From the NCBI GenBank assembly GCA_964016885.1, contig OZ024742.1, forward strand, positions 283,774,001-283,838,000: a stretch of 64,000 nt of DNA, read 5' to 3'. Source of the DNA: Eledone cirrhosa. Its lineage: Eukaryota. Positions 26,183 to 40,308 of this stretch are shown here, piece after piece. The position numbers were made by a program, and so were the translations under genes. Within the stretch, counting starts at the first letter, position 1. Each line of letters opens with the position of its first letter. The notes beneath the pieces are model-generated. The model was given only the letters and a program-made list of their open reading frames with translations. It was not told where the DNA came from and did no database searches.

Positions 26183-26782
26183 AATAATCACTATAGTATG
26201 CCTTTATTTCATTTCTTTTTTTAAATCCATGTCTACCCTGAAGGATACTCTTGTAGCGGTTGTCTCCCTTGTTGTGACTCACAACAAGGGAGACAACCGC
26301 TACAGTCCTTTAACATCGATTTTCTTCGTTTGTTGATTTAGATGCTGTTGTTGTCATTCTATGAGTGGTCAAGAATTGTACACGTCACCGGTATTTCTAG
26401 CCACTCATGGTTGTCCACTTCTTGCTTCTTCTCGTTCTCCACCTATCAATCAAAATATCTTCATGTATCAGAATTACTGCTGTGGTGGGAAAGGGGCTGT
26501 AATCTTGAACGGTTGGCATCACTTCGACGTCTTCATTGCCCCTAGGCGCCTTAGTCTACATCGGTCAGGTACACACCCGCAATTATGATGTATGCGGCAT
26601 TCATCATAAATAATGTTTTGCGGGAATTAAAAAACAAAACAAAACAAATCATGGGGATATTTAGCGTAACATTAATAGGACACAGCCTTACGATACACTG
26701 CTCCATACATATTTCAAAAAGAAAAGGAAAAAGAGAAAGAAAGAACCTGTAGCAGGAACGTTTTATATATATATATATATAT

Positions 26783-26850
26783 ATATTGTTATACTTTGGG
26801 AGGGTCATGTTGCCAATTGGCAACATGACCCTCCCAAAGTATAACAATAT
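26783..26850. repeat. Perfect palindrome of about 68 bp (other short ones at 26252-26303 and 27038-27092)
   Basis: atattgttatactttgggagggtcatgttgccaa|ttggcaacatgaccctcccaaagtataacaatat. The arm is related to 58709-58755. Confidence 0.9.
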
Positions 26851-27229
26851 CGGTTTCAACACACGTTTTCAGATAAAGAATCTTGCTAAACAAATTCAGA
26901 AACGAAATATATATATATATAACGAAGGAAATGTGGTAAGGAAGCAGATGGACCATAACGTACCAAAGTACTCAATACTTAGGGTAGTAGAGTGGGTAAT
27001 AGGAACGAGTAGGACCCCGACGGCTGAACTCAACCCGTTTCGACGGCTAATTCTGTACTCCAGAATTCTGGAGTCCAGAATTAGCCGTCGAATATATATA
27101 TATATATTTAATTTGTTGGGATTCAACAAGCTTAAACATTTTATAATTGATATAAAGCACTCAACAGATTAGTGGAGTAAATACACAATATATTAATAAA
27201 TGGAAACTATATTTATAAAACCATATTTA

Positions 27230-27291
27230 TTTTATTATACATATTTCAAGGGCAACCAAGGTAAATTATGGTGCGCTTTCATCAGATAAAA
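27230..27291 (-). ncRNA. Minimal type I hammerhead in the PLE-2 pLTR
   Basis: Minus strand: ttttat CTGATGA aagcgcacca...tggttgccctt GAAA tatgta TA ataaaa. Confidence 0.78.
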
Positions 27292-28709
27292 TACAGATTT
27301 GGTTTATAAATAAATATTGACATAGCCGGAAAAAAAAAAAGACAACCTTAACGGTTGGAGCTTCCTGGATAGTGGAGATAGTACATTTATTGAGGGTAAT
27401 ATAAAGTTATGAGTGAGTATGCAAATGAGTGTCCGAAAGATTGAAAAGATAACGATTTATTTAAATTAAACTGTTGGAAGAAGATGATATGTAAAGGAGA
27501 GAGAAAAAAAGAAAAAAAAAAGAAAGAAAAAAGGAAGGAGCAAGATAGAAGAGGAAAGAAAAAACGAATATATATATTGATAGTGAAGATAGAGTGCATG
27601 AAGAAATAAATTTCAAAGGATAAATATTCACAGCGTAAGTATATCTAAGTGAAAGAAGAGATAATATTACCGTGGAAGAATAATATTTATAATGCAGGGT
27701 TCATTACATTTTGAAAAGGTAATGATAGGTTGAAAAATTAGATTAAGATTAAAAATTAGAAATCAAAATCAAAGATTAAAATTTGCCTTAATATTAAAGA
27801 TTTAATTTAATAATTTAATATTAATAATTAGTTTAAATGTGTATGTTAAGGATTATAAATTATTTAAATAAATATATAGTATTTTACATTAGAGAAAATC
27901 TAGTATAATTTATTTTATTAAAAGTTGTAAGTCAAAATTTAAACATCTAAATAATTCTAAATTTATGAAAAATTTACGAGAGTTTACAAAGGAATAACCA
28001 CTTAATTATATTATAAAAGCTGTAAGGAAGTGTAAAGGAAGTTAGAAGTGATTTTTTAAAGATCTCAGATGACTCTAAGGATTAAATGTTATAAGGTTAA
28101 AAAGTTAAAAAAATGTTATCTTAAGAATATAATTAAAACATGAACCATATGTTATTTTATACTAAGTCATAAATTTACTTGCTATAAAGTTAAAAAATTA
28201 AAAAAAATTTATCTTAAGAATATATTTAAAGCATAAACCATAGGTTATTCCACATATATATATATAAAAAAAACCTATATATAAAAAAACATGTTTTTCC
28301 ACATATATATAAACAATTGGATATATATATTAAAAACGTTTGAAGATATAAAAATATTAAAATATAAAAATATTTGAAGATATAAAAATGGAAGGTATGA
28401 AAATAATGGTTTTTCTATATCTTTCAAAGGAATTTTCAAAAGATTTTTCCTAAACCTTCTGTAAGTTTTTCAAGAAAATTTTTTCTTAAAGGAGTTTCAA
28501 GCAGTCATATAAACGTAGAGATAATAGAAAGTAAATTAAATATATATGAATCATATACAGATATAGAAAACATTATGTAAAGGCGATAAATCATATATTA
28601 CATTTTATATATATATTTAGAAGTTGAATTTAAACGATGTTTACATGAACTAAATAAATTATTCCGCAAATTAATAGAGTTCTTACTTTTTAGTATAAAG
28701 AATATTTCT

Positions 28710-30818
28710 TCAACGCAGAGTGAGCATTTTTTTGGATAAAGCAGTGTATGAAGGAGATTTGGAAATAATTTTCCAAAGTAAAGAATAGTTAATATTCTTG
28801 GATTTTAAGTCCCATAATAGAGAAGTTGAAGAATTTTTACCAATATTCGTAAAGGAACATTTATGGTTATTAAAACGAGATTTGAAGTCTGTGGAAGTAG
28901 AGCCGACATAGTTAAAGGAGTTTTCATTTGTTTTGACATTACAATTGTATACTATATTCTTAACTAAACAATTATTATTTAGAGGACAGTTAGATTTATT
29001 TCTACAATTACATTTATCTGAGTTTATATTATTGGGAGCCGTAACATTATATTGGATATTGCTAGGGTTATTAATGCTATTCTGGTTAGGTTTTAAGTTT
29101 CTATTATTAATTCTATTAATATTCTGCGCTAAATTCATAGTGGTGGAAGATGAGAGTTTAATAGTATGTCTATTAAAGATTGAGTAATACCTGTGCGTTT
29201 TAGGAAAGCACTTATCTAGAGCTTTAAAGAATAATTTAGCTATGGGAGTTTTAATACTTAATGCGAAAGGAGGAGCGAACCATAATATATTTCTAGTTCT
29301 ATTTTTTCTTTTGATTTTCGAGTTAGTGCAAGGTTTCCTATTATAATTATATTTATAGTTATGGTTAATTGGCACATCCTTATTGTCAATGTATTTAATT
29401 TCATTACTATAGCCTGCTCTACCTAACGCTTCGTTATAATATTGTGCCTTATCTTCAAATATACTTTTATTCGCCGAAATTCTAGAAATACGTTGCTGCA
29501 CAGAATTTACAATAGTGTTTTTAACGGATCTGGGGTGATTGGAATTAAAGTTAACATACTTTAAATTCTCATTTATTTTATGAAATGGATAATAAAGACC
29601 AGTATTAAGGTTTAAAGTTGCATCTAAAAAAATTAACTATTTTATAATTATTCTCTACTTCTACTTTAAGATTAACGCTATTAAAAAAATTGTATAATTT
29701 CTTTTCTTTTCCTATTTATTTCACAATTATTATTATTTTCAATAAGTAATAGCATATCGTCACGATATAAACCACCGGTCATCTCCGATATTTTCCTATG
29801 TAAAGTATTGTTAATAAAAAGCCCCACAAGATCCGTTAATTGCGCCGAGTCCGATGACCCCATAGTGATATCGAAATTATTATTCCTATCTGCTCTAGTC
29901 CAAAGGTGGTTGTTAAATTTAATTAATATTTTTCGTGCAGTTAAGATAATGTGCATTTCATTGCTAGTTAAATCTGTATATTTAAATGCATATGTAAGGG
30001 CTTTATTAAGTAGATTAGGAGTGATAGATGAGTAATAGTTAGCAATATCCAATTGAATGAATTTATTGTTATATTTATATATAATGTCCTTAAACCAGTC
30101 AATAACTTCATTAGTCCCATTCCATAATTTTAAATAAGATATTTCCTTACGTTGTGGTATGATTCTATCCAAAATATTCTTGCTAAGTATGCCAAAGGTC
30201 CGATTTAGATGGTGCAATCAATCTAACTGGTAATTCAATTTCAAAATTTCTTTTATGGTTCTTCAAATTAATTTTTGGTTTCCTAGGTATGAAGGGTTGA
30301 GTCCTATTTTCGATGCCTAATTCTTGCATTATATAAGAAGCTTCAGTATTTAGTTTTTCAAGGTCATCATTGGTTACTCTTTTGTAATTCTTCCTTAATT
30401 CCTTCAATATAAGCTCATTGTAATCATCCTTTTGCATTCCGTAAAGATTGTTGGTTTTATCTGATTTAACAAGAATTTTTTCTGTTTTTTCAAAGTTTTC
30501 TATATTATTTTTGAGACTTTTTAGGTAATCCTGGCCTACAAAGTGGTTTTTCTTAAATGTAATGCTTTGTATGATAGAGATAATCTCATTTTCAAATTCC
30601 ATTAATAGTTTGTTGGAAGGTGGATTCTTTTTGGATTTGAAGATTCTATCAAAATTGGAAATATTTTCTTTCGGATCAGATTTATTATCGAAATGAAAAG
30701 CACGCCATCTGAGTCTTCTTATAAATGAGTCCGATTTTTCTATAAGTTGTTTTAGAAAGTCCTTATTCTTAGGTAAAGGTATGTCTTTTAGAGAAGAAGA
30801 GATCCTAAAGAATTCCAT
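28710..30818 (-). pseudogene. PLE-2 RT-GIY-YIG ORF, frameshifted into at least three pieces
   Basis: SLKDIPLP..FIRRLRWRA; VKSDKT; LDIANYYSSI; ITMGSSDSAQLTDLVGL; LYRDDML; CNCRNKSNCPLNNNC; NIVY...YVGST..FKSRFNNH. Confidence 0.9.
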
Positions 30819-30922
30819 TTTTAATCAGTTATAATTTAAAGCGCTCAACAATAAAGGAGCAAAATATATGTAGAGGTTATATTTAATTTGTTGGGATTCA
30901 ACAAGCTTAAAAATGTTATAAT

Positions 30923-31015
<93 letters not shown>

Positions 31016-31249
31016 AGTATTGAAGTTTCCGTTGAAAATTGAAAAAGTCATATATATATATATATATATATATGACTTTTTCAATTAATTTCTCTATTTT
31101 CAATATATATATATATTATATATATACTTAAGGTAAATATTGATGCAATTCAATTCAAGCACTGAACGTACTTATTCCACATAGGAGTGACGGAGTATAT
31201 ATCGAATAAGAAAAAGTAGTTTCAGATGTTAAAGTCCTTTAATGATAAT

Positions 31250-31302
31250 GCTGTGATACATATTTCAATGGAGTGGCCAGTGCTGCGACATCGTCAAACA
31301 GC
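31250..31302 (-). ncRNA. Minimal hammerhead, U3-G8 variant or decayed copy, in an ORF-less pLTR (about 31130-31700)
   Basis: Minus strand: gctgt TTGACGA tgtcgcagcactggccactccatt GAAA tatgta TC acagc. Stem I is perfect; stem II is weak. Confidence 0.55.
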
Positions 31303-31769
31303 TTGTTACATAATAAGGTTATGTTTCCGAGTCAATCCAAATTGAATCGACATGGAAACGGACGAAGTGTGTGCTCTTGGGTTCTTCGCCCGTTCCCTTG
31401 TGAGTACCAATTCACTCCCACCAGTCTGCGCAGGCGCAGGTCCGAAGGAAGAAGTTGACCATCAACTACCGCAGAGTTCTACGAAATTCGCCTAGGCATT
31501 TCCCCCTCTCAACCAAACAATGACCCTATTCAGGCCTGTAATATATAGCTTATTGCTAGCCAGTGGCAGTCAGCCGAAAGCTAGTGGGGTTGGGAGAGTA
31601 TGAGTATCAATAGGTCTCAATACTACCCTAAATTAAGCATGGATAGTAGAATTGACCATCAACCTCTAAGAGAAAATATAGTTAATTTCCGGGTGTAGCT
31701 GGTGGCTGGTTCCTCTCTTCTCCCCTATATCGGTTACACCATAGAGCGCTCAACGTCTTGGAGCTAAAC

Positions 31770-33476
31770 TTTAAACAGTATACTCTGTATGTATTTAGAC
31801 AAATGTGTATATCTAGTTTAATAATTGTTTTTACTTTAGGCACAAGGCCAGCAATTACCCAGTACATTACTGGTACTTTATTTTATCGACCCCGTAAGGG
31901 GTTTAATAATATCTTTTTTTAAGTACATTTATAAGGCCTTTGGATACTTAAGGACATTCTAGTTTTATAATTGTTAATTATTTTCTAAATTATATAATTA
32001 TTATTTTTTAATAAAATTTTAATATAATTAAATTTGGATTACCTTCGGGTTGATGAAAATCTTAAGTCTTTTCTTTCTCATGTTTGCAAACATTTTAAAT
32101 ATGATATTATACTATAATATAAATCCTTAAAAATGTTCTTGTATTTTAAAATTATATAGCTTATATATTTGACACTTATAGGATCGCAAACCATTCATTT
32201 ATTTATTTTGAATCTGTGTTTTATGATTCATGAAGTTTGATTTGTATATTTATAGTATTACATGATCCTAGTTGAATAATTGTTTTAATATAATACTTGA
32301 CGTAAAATTTTATTTTTAACACTATTAACAGTAATTATATTTATTATATTATATATAACTGACTAATATCATCTTAAACTTTAAACAATGTACTCGTTGT
32401 ATAAATTTAGACAAATGCGTATATCTAGTTTAATAATATCCTTTTTAAGTACACTTATATGGCCTATGGATACTTAAGGGCATTCTAATTTTAAATTTAT
32501 AATTGTAATTATTTTCTAAATTATATAATGATTATTTTTTAATATAAAATTTCTTTAATATAAACATTTTTTTTAAATATAATTTAATTTGGATTACCTT
32601 CGGGATGAAGAAAATCTTAAGTCTTTCCTCTCTCATGTTTGCAAATACTTTAAATATGATATTATACTATAATATAAATCCTTATAAATTTTATAGTCAG
32701 AAATCTTATGCTATTTCTAACTAACATAAAGATTCGAAATTTAACGGTCATCAGGATGCGCTGGGATATATATATATTTGATTAATTGACTATTTCTAAT
32801 TAATTTAAGGATTCGAAAATAAACCGTCATATAACTACACCCAGATATATATTTGATATTTTGATTGATTGATTATTTCTGAATAATTTAACGATTCGAA
32901 ATTATTCATTCACAAAGCTATGGCCATATATATTTGATATATATATTTTTGCATCATCTAATTATACGCTGTTTATCCACGACAATACAAATCTCCCTCC
33001 CTATGTTTTATACTATAAAAATATTTTCTCCTCCTCTCTCTATCCTTAATCAATGTTCTTTTGCTTTCGTGCATAAGATAATTCTATACTTCTAGTCACT
33101 CTCTTTTTCCTCATCTGTTTCTCTCTCTGTCTTTCACTTCCTCTTTCTTCAATAATTTAAATTATTTAAATTTCTAACAGTTATATAGGTTTATATTATA
33201 ATAGTAGTTGTTTATTATTATGTGTCTTTATAAGCTTTCTCACACGCACCCTCTGTATTATATGTAATTTTTTCATGTCTCAATCTCAAGGTATTGAGTT
33301 TTGTCCTATCTTATTCACTGCCATGAATTTTAACCATCTACTTAGTCGAGGTATGTCAAGCATCATCTTATTTTATCTGATGAGGACGTACTGTTGAAGA
33401 TAGCTCAGTACCTCTGAAATATGTATAATAAAATATACTTGATCACGCGAATGTCTATATTTGTTAATATTTTGAA

Positions 33477-33480
<4 letters not shown>
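31770..33480 (+). mobile_element. Solo PLE pseudo-LTR, related to 60600-61735
   Basis: 33240-33480 closely parallels 61480-61735 and ends in the same hammerhead and (TA)n. Internal duplication of about 31770-32130 versus 32380-32690. Confidence 0.7.
33371..33433 (+). ncRNA. Minimal type I hammerhead
   Basis: ttttat CTGATGA ggac-gtactg-ttgaagatagct-cagtac-ctct GAAA tatgta TA ataaaa. Confidence 0.8.
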
Positions 33481-33573
<93 letters not shown>

Positions 33574-33672
33574 GTAGTAATTCCGTCGGAAAGGTCCATG
33601 AAAACACATTTGTTTGCTTTTAAGAAACCACTGGTAAATGAAATAATTGCCTTATGTTGTTTATTACATAAC

Positions 33673-33785
<113 letters not shown>

Positions 33786-33869
33786 AAAGTTATATTTAAA
33801 TTGTTGGGTTACAACTAGTAAATATTTATAACTGATATAAAAGCACTCGACAAGTATTTGGAGTATATT

Positions 33870-35030
33870 TACAATATTAAATAAATGGAAACTATATTTA
33901 TAAAACCATATTTATTTCATTATATATATTTCAGGGATATCATATTAACAATATGCTATGCCTTCCTCAGACAAAATACAATATAAACAGTTTTATAGAT
34001 AAATAGATTTGACATACCGTAACAACATCGACTTGTATTTGAAAAGTTGAATTGGCAGTGAAAAAATTGTACACAGAGAGAAAGAAAGAGAGAAAAATTT
34101 TCTTTATTAGTATATTGAAATCTGTTCTCTATTTCTGCTTGATAGATAATCTTGTAGAGTAAAGACAGGAATAGTAGTAATATTGACTCTATATATATTT
34201 GTGTGTATATATATACACATATATGTATACTTAAATTTTTATAGCACAATGAGAATGTTTTCCGTGAACTTAGCGTTTGCTGAGTTGATCATGTAAATTC
34301 ACATAGATGTTTGTAGTTATCACATAAACATATGAATTTTTTTAAAAAAACTAAACATAAGATCATTACTTTTCACACATTATGGATACATGTCTCATTC
34401 AGGAATACTGATATTTACAATATAGTGGCTGGTTTTTATATATACTAATACCTCTACATTAAAACATAGGGTTTTTATGCCTCGCCTATGTCTGGTTATT
34501 TTTAATTTTTCTCTCTATATAACAGCTGGTTTCTCTCCTAACCACATATATCTCCCTTACATTAATACTAGAGCTAAATAAATAAATAAATGTATCATTG
34601 ATACGTTTACTCAACGGACGTCCCACTACCTAGTTTTCTATATATATGTATCTATCTCTATTTCCCCTCTCTCTCTCTATATATATCTCTCTCTGTTTCT
34701 TTACATGAAGTTCTTCTCTTTATCTATCTTTCCATCCCTCTATTTTGTTCCATGCATTTCTTCTTTTTTTTCTTCTTTTTCTTCGTTTTCTGTCTTTCTT
34801 TCTTTCTTTTTTTCTCTCTTTCTTTCTCTCTGTGTACAATTTTTTCACTGCCAATTCAACTTTTCAAATACAAGTCGATGTTGTTACGGTATGTCAAAGC
34901 TATTTATCTATAAAACTGTTTATATTGTATTTTGTCTGAGGAAGGCATAGCATATTGTTAATATCATATCCCTGAAATATATATAATGAAATAAATATGG
35001 TTTTATAAATATAGTTTCCATTTATTTAAT

Positions 35031-35035
<5 letters not shown>
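33870..35035. repeat. Inverted pLTR pair (arms of about 220 bp, spacer of about 720 bp) with opposed hammerheads
   Basis: About 33870-34095 is the reverse complement of about 34812-35035. Confidence 0.88.
34929..34992 (+). ncRNA. Minimal hammerhead with palindromic TATATA stem III (mirror copy at 33914-33977, minus strand)
   Basis: attttgt CTGAGGA agg...cct GAAA tatata TA atgaaat. Confidence 0.72.
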
Positions 35036-35082
<47 letters not shown>

Positions 35083-35121
35083 GTATAAAAATCAATACAA
35101 TATAATTACCTCATTACCAGA

Positions 35122-36789
35122 GCTAAAGAATTAGCTGTTTCTTTAAAAATAGATAATAGGACAGAAAAACTTGCTAAACGTTCTGCGTATATCACCCTTA
35201 AAGATCATAAACCCGACTTTATTAATCGTCCTAGTTGTAGATTAATCAACCCTGCTAAGACTGCCAGCAAAAAAAATTTAAATAAATTAAATACACACAT
35301 TAGAAGTAAGTCTAAATTACTCCAATGGATAAATAGCTCTTCCGTAGTACATTGGTTTAATAATATTAAAAACAAAATCAGTTCTAGATTCACCCAATTT
35401 GACATTGTAGATTTCTACCCATCTATTACTCAGACTCTTTTAGTGAAAGCTTTAAATTTCGCTAGAGGGTTCACTAATATCTCCGATATTGAAGAGAATG
35501 TCATCTTGCATGCTAGGAACACTCTACTTTTTAATGATAATGACACTTGGGTAAAAATATCTAACCCAGAGAACCCATTCGATGTCTCAATGGGCTCTTA
35601 TGACAGTGCCGAGGTTTGTGATCTGGTCGGCCTATTCCTCTTACATACACTTAAAGAAAAATTTCCTAACCATATTTTTGGGCTTTATCGCGACGATGGT
35701 CTAATACTTTCCCATACCACCATAGGCCATAACTTAAATAGATTAAAGAAAGACTTAATAAAAACCTTCGCTAGTTTTAATCTTAAAATTACTATTGACA
35801 CTAACCTTTCCAACGTAGATTTCCTAGATATAAACCTAGATTTGCCTACTGCTTCTTATAAACCATACCATAGACCTAACGAAAACTTAAAATATATAAA
35901 TAAAGGATCTTGCCATCCACCTATAGTTTTTAAAAACCTTATCCCTAATATTAGCCGTAGGATCTCCACCCTCTCTTCCTCAGAAGCTATTTTTAATAAG
36001 GCATCCCCCTACTATAATAAAGCCCTCCAAAATAGCGGCTTTAGCGAACCGATTAAATACATACCTAACTACACTAACTCTATTAAAAATAAAAATAGGA
36101 AAAGAAAAATAATCTGGTTCACACCCCCCTACTCTCTAGCAGTTAAAACTAATGTAGGCAAAAAATTCCTAGAACTCCTAGATAAACATTTCCCTAGAAC
36201 ACATAGATACTATAAGATCTTTAACAGAAACTGTGTTAAAATTAGCTATTCCTGCGGTCCCCCTATTAAGTCCTATATCCTCAACAAAATATCACCTAGA
36301 GAAAATCAAACTTGCTCCTGTAGAATCAAAAGTGAATGCCCATTACAAGGTAAATGCAACACCAAAGCCATTGTATATGCGGCTAAAGTGACAACCATCA
36401 GCAACAACCATCCAGCCACCAGTGAACGATATGTGGGTATGACGCAAGACAGATTCAAAACGCGTTATTACTCACATGTCGCATCCTTTCGACATCCAGA
36501 AAAAAGATTTACAACAGCTCTGGCTAGCAGAATTTGGGATTTGAAAGACCAAGGCATCCAATATAAACTAGATTGGTCAATTTTGAACCAATCTAAAAAA
36601 TATGCTAGAGGAACAAGAAAATGCACGCTCTGCATAAATGAAAAATTTTGGATATTGCAAAATCTCAAATCACCAAAGACCTGCCTGAACACAAAGACGG
36701 AAATTTTCACCAGTTGCCCACACACGAAATCACACCTGCTTTCCAGCTCATATAAACTTAACACACTTTCAGATACTTATCCTCCATAA
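35122..36789 (+). CDS. PLE-3 RT-GIY-YIG reading frame (5'-truncated, stop-free over about 555 codons)
   Basis: The frame of ORF 35443-36789 stays open upstream (AYITLKDHKPDFINRPSCRLINPAK; FDIVDFYPSI). It continues VSMGSYDSAEVCDLVGL, LYRDDGL, CSCRIKSECPLQGKC, AIVY...RYVGMT..FKTRYYSH, CTLC..EK, CPH. Confidence 0.9.
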   Translation, partial: AKELAVSLKIDNRTEKLAKRSAYITLKDHKPDFINRPSCRLINPAKTASKKNLNKLNTHIRSKSKLLQWINSSSVVHWFNNIKNKISSRFTQFDIVDFYPSITQTLLVKALNFARGFTNISDIEENVILHARNTLLFNDNDTWVKISNPENPFDVSMGSYDSAEVCDLVGLFLLHTLKEKFPNHIFGLYRDDGLILSHTTIGHNLNRLKKDLIKTFASFNLKITIDTNLSNVDFLDINLDLPTASYKPYHRPNENLKYINKGSCHPPIVFKNLIPNISRRISTLSSSEAIFNKASPYYNKALQNSGFSEPIKYIPNYTNSIKNKNRKRKIIWFTPPYSLAVKTNVGKKFLELLDKHFPRTHRYYKIFNRNCVKISYSCGPPIKSYILNKISPRENQTCSCRIKSECPLQGKCNTKAIVYAAKVTTISNNHPATSERYVGMTQDRFKTRYYSHVASFRHPEKRFTTALASRIWDLKDQGIQYKLDWSILNQSKKYARGTRKCTLCINEKFWILQNLKSPKTCLNTKTEIFTSCPHTKSHLLSSSYKLNTLSDTYPP

Positions 36790-37202
36790 ACTCTTATTAT
36801 TCTCTTTTTAATTACCCTTTCTGACTTACTTTCATTTTTATCCTTGTCAATAATTTTATTTATTTTTACTTTTATTTTTACTTCACCCCCCCCCCCCCCC
36901 CTTTATTCTCCGATTCACTTTCCATTTTTTACTTCCCCTTCTTTTACTTCCCTTTTTCCTCCACTAACTGATTACACTTGTCTTTTGTGTTTTTCAATCC
37001 AGATATATTTTTCATTTTCATTTTCATTTTCATTTTTATTTTTATTTTTATTTTATTTTTGCGCAGCCTATCTTACAATTTTATATTTGTACTTATTTAT
37101 CCACAAGTTTTTTACACCCTGTATCAATATGGCTGAACGCCTTAATGTGTGTATACTTTTATATATGTACATGAGTGACTACGTATGTGCGCGCGCGTGC
37201 GT

Positions 37203-37290
<88 letters not shown>

Positions 37291-38034
37291 ATGTATATAT
37301 TATGCGTATGTGTACGTGTCTTTATATCCGTGTTTTTGACATCTCGGTTTTATGTTTTGTTCCTTTTTTCTTCTCCCCCTCCCTCTTTCCTTTTTTTACT
37401 TACTCAGTTTTATGCGTGTGCATGCAAACAAGTTTATATGCGTGAGTATAAGTATGTGTGTGTGTGTGTATGTACGTATCGAACGTACGGATGTGTAAGT
37501 GCGCGTGTGTATATAAGCATATATATTTTTACATTTCTTTTGTGAGACATGCGTGTCTGTGTATGTATGTACCCCCTTTTTTTGTCTTCTTTTCTTCAAT
37601 TTTTTCTTTCTAAAAATATTTTTTCTTTCGAATTTATCGTTATTATATTTTTATAAATATATCGATACTGCTACTTTTCTTTTGATTATTACACTCCCTT
37701 ACCTCCTTTCTTTCCACATCTAAGTGTACGAGTGTGCAGGCGTTTTATGCGCGCGCCTTCATATTCATATATTTATGATGTAACTATTTCTGTCTGTAGA
37801 TTACAGACATATAGATACATTTGCCCTATTTTAGAATTACGCACACTTTCTCACTATACGTATACATGTGTGCATATACATATATGCACATCTGTGAGCG
37901 TATATACATACATATACACACACCTAACTATATTTCTTGATAGATTTTTATATATTTCAATTTCTATTTCATTTATCTATATCTTTTTTTTTGATTTTCT
38001 TGATGAGTTTTTCTAAGTATTTACCCATGTTTTA

Positions 38035-38113
38035 TATTGCCTCGTCTGACGAACGAATGAAGTCGTTTATTTCGTATTCGCCTCATTCGGGAAACCTCTG
38101 GTAATGAGGTAAT
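38035..38113 (+). ncRNA. Type I hammerhead ribozyme in the PLE-3 pLTR
   Basis: attgcctcgt CTGACGA a-cgaatga...tcattcg-g GAAA cc-tct-gg TA atgaggtaat: 10-bp stem I including G-U pairs, GUA triplet. Confidence 0.85.
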
Positions 38114-38912
38114 TATATTGTATTGATTTTTATACATTCAATTTTGCTCTGATACTTACATAGAGCACTCTTCATTTCTATGACCTTTTCTGTTTCCAAC
38201 GGAAATTTCAATACTTATATATACAGTCTCTTTCTCAACAAGGAAGATGCAAAAAAACTTGCCCCATCACTTGATTTTAAATTTTTAATTTTTAGTTTTT
38301 AATCCTTAATTCTTTTTAATTGTAATAGTCAACATTTGATAAGATGAATTTTACTAATACATCGAAACCAGTAATACTTTATGTACTTTATATGCATTAT
38401 AAAACTCTTTTTTTAAAAGAATTGTCCGTCTCATTTTTTCAATAATGCCACTTCAACGAATCAAAGGAAAGAAAAAAAAAGAAAAGAAAATATATTTTCA
38501 GTGTTATTTCCAATCTCACGTTTCTCTATAACCAGTTTTGTTTAGAACCTTACTTCTCTTTTCACACATATATATATATGGAATACTGTTAGCTTCTCGC
38601 TACAACAATTTCTATACTTTTCATTTATATATTTATATGTATATATATATATATGTGTGTGTGCGCGTGTGTGTGTATAAATGTATGCGTCTGTCTGTGT
38701 AAATGCTAATCTGTGTGTGAGTGCCTGTATCTGTGTGTGTTTATACATCAGACCGTCCTTGAGCAGGAACAATGTGACAACGTGCAGTGATGTAACGTAT
38801 GATATGAGGCCACGAATGTTTCTACAGAGATATGCATATGCAGTTGTTTTGTCAACAGGATGTGATCAACGACATATTTATGCTCGACTTTGTTACTCGC
38901 GCGCGCGCGCGG

Positions 38913-38951
<39 letters not shown>

Positions 38952-39220
38952 CGTGTGTGTGAATGGGTGCGTGTGTGTGTTTCCTTTACATTTTCTACGG
39001 AAATGTGTATATAAATATACATTCACACACACATGTATGTATGTATGTATGTATGTATGTATGTGTATATATATAACCTTTCAGCTTATTATTTCTGGCA
39101 CGCCGAGGTTAATTTTGCCTTTCATCCTTACGGGGTCGATAATACAAAGTACCAGTAATACACTGGAATAATTGCTGGCCTTGTGCCAAAAGTAGAAACA
39201 ATTATTACAATATGACCCTC

Positions 39221-39258
<38 letters not shown>

Positions 39259-39338
39259 TTACAGATTAAAGTTTAAGCAAAAAATCGCTGCTTCCACCCT
39301 TAACGGATTTTAGTCTTCACATTTATTATTACTCCACC

Positions 39339-39381
<43 letters not shown>

Positions 39382-39624
39382 CATATACTATGTATGTATG
39401 TACACACGTACACACATATACACTATTCACTTCCCTGACATTTTACTCTTTTACCTGTTTCAGCCATCCGGCTGAGGCCATGCTGGGGCACCGCCCTTTG
39501 TATATTATTCTTTTACGCCGAGGATAACTTTGCCTTGCATCCTTACGGGGTCGATAAAATAAAGTACCTGTAATACACAGGGAAATTGTTGGCCTTGTGC
39601 CAAAAGTAGAAACAATTATTCTTT

Positions 39625-39682
39625 ATACTATACATACACCTTTGACGAGTTGTAGTGCACCAGAGCACTTTATACAATAATT

Positions 39683-39717
<35 letters not shown>

Positions 39718-39720
39718 GTT
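39625..39720 (+). mobile_element. CR1 3' UTR tip with (ATT)n tail, forming the left edge of the (TTA)n insertion pile
   Basis: Nearly identical to 23370-23437 (atacatacacctttgacgagttgtagtgcacc.gagcacttta.acaataatttcattattat). Confidence 0.8.
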
Positions 39721-39721
39721 G

Positions 39722-39819
39722 TTATTCCTTGAATCTCAGTCATTGATGTTGGTTAACTGGAAAGTCCGTTGGATTGAATATCAAGCCACTACCTGCAGCC
39801 TCAGATATTCAGGACGTAT
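39722..39819 (-). mobile_element. R4/Dong family A, 3' tip of about 100 nt
   Basis: Matches 42205-42302 (3' UTR plus the last codons YVLNI*). Flanked by (TTA)n. Confidence 0.85.
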
Positions 39820-39840
39820 TATTATTATTATTATTATTAT

Positions 39841-40308
<468 letters not shown>

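Larger units (their letters stand above)
27105..30927 (-). mobile_element. Near-full-length Penelope-like element PLE-2 with pseudo-LTR
   Basis: ORF pieces 30818-28620. AT-rich 3' region with a hammerhead at 27230-27291. The terminal segment 27105-27152 (ttaatttgttgggattcaacaagcttaaa...ataattgata) is directly repeated at 30880-30927. Both ends lie in (TA)n. Confidence 0.88.
35081..38215 (+). mobile_element. Penelope-like element PLE-3: short inverted pLTR piece, 5'-truncated ORF and pLTR
   Basis: 35081-35122 is the reverse complement of 38096-38137. Hammerhead at 38040. Flanked by (TA)n. Confidence 0.9.
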
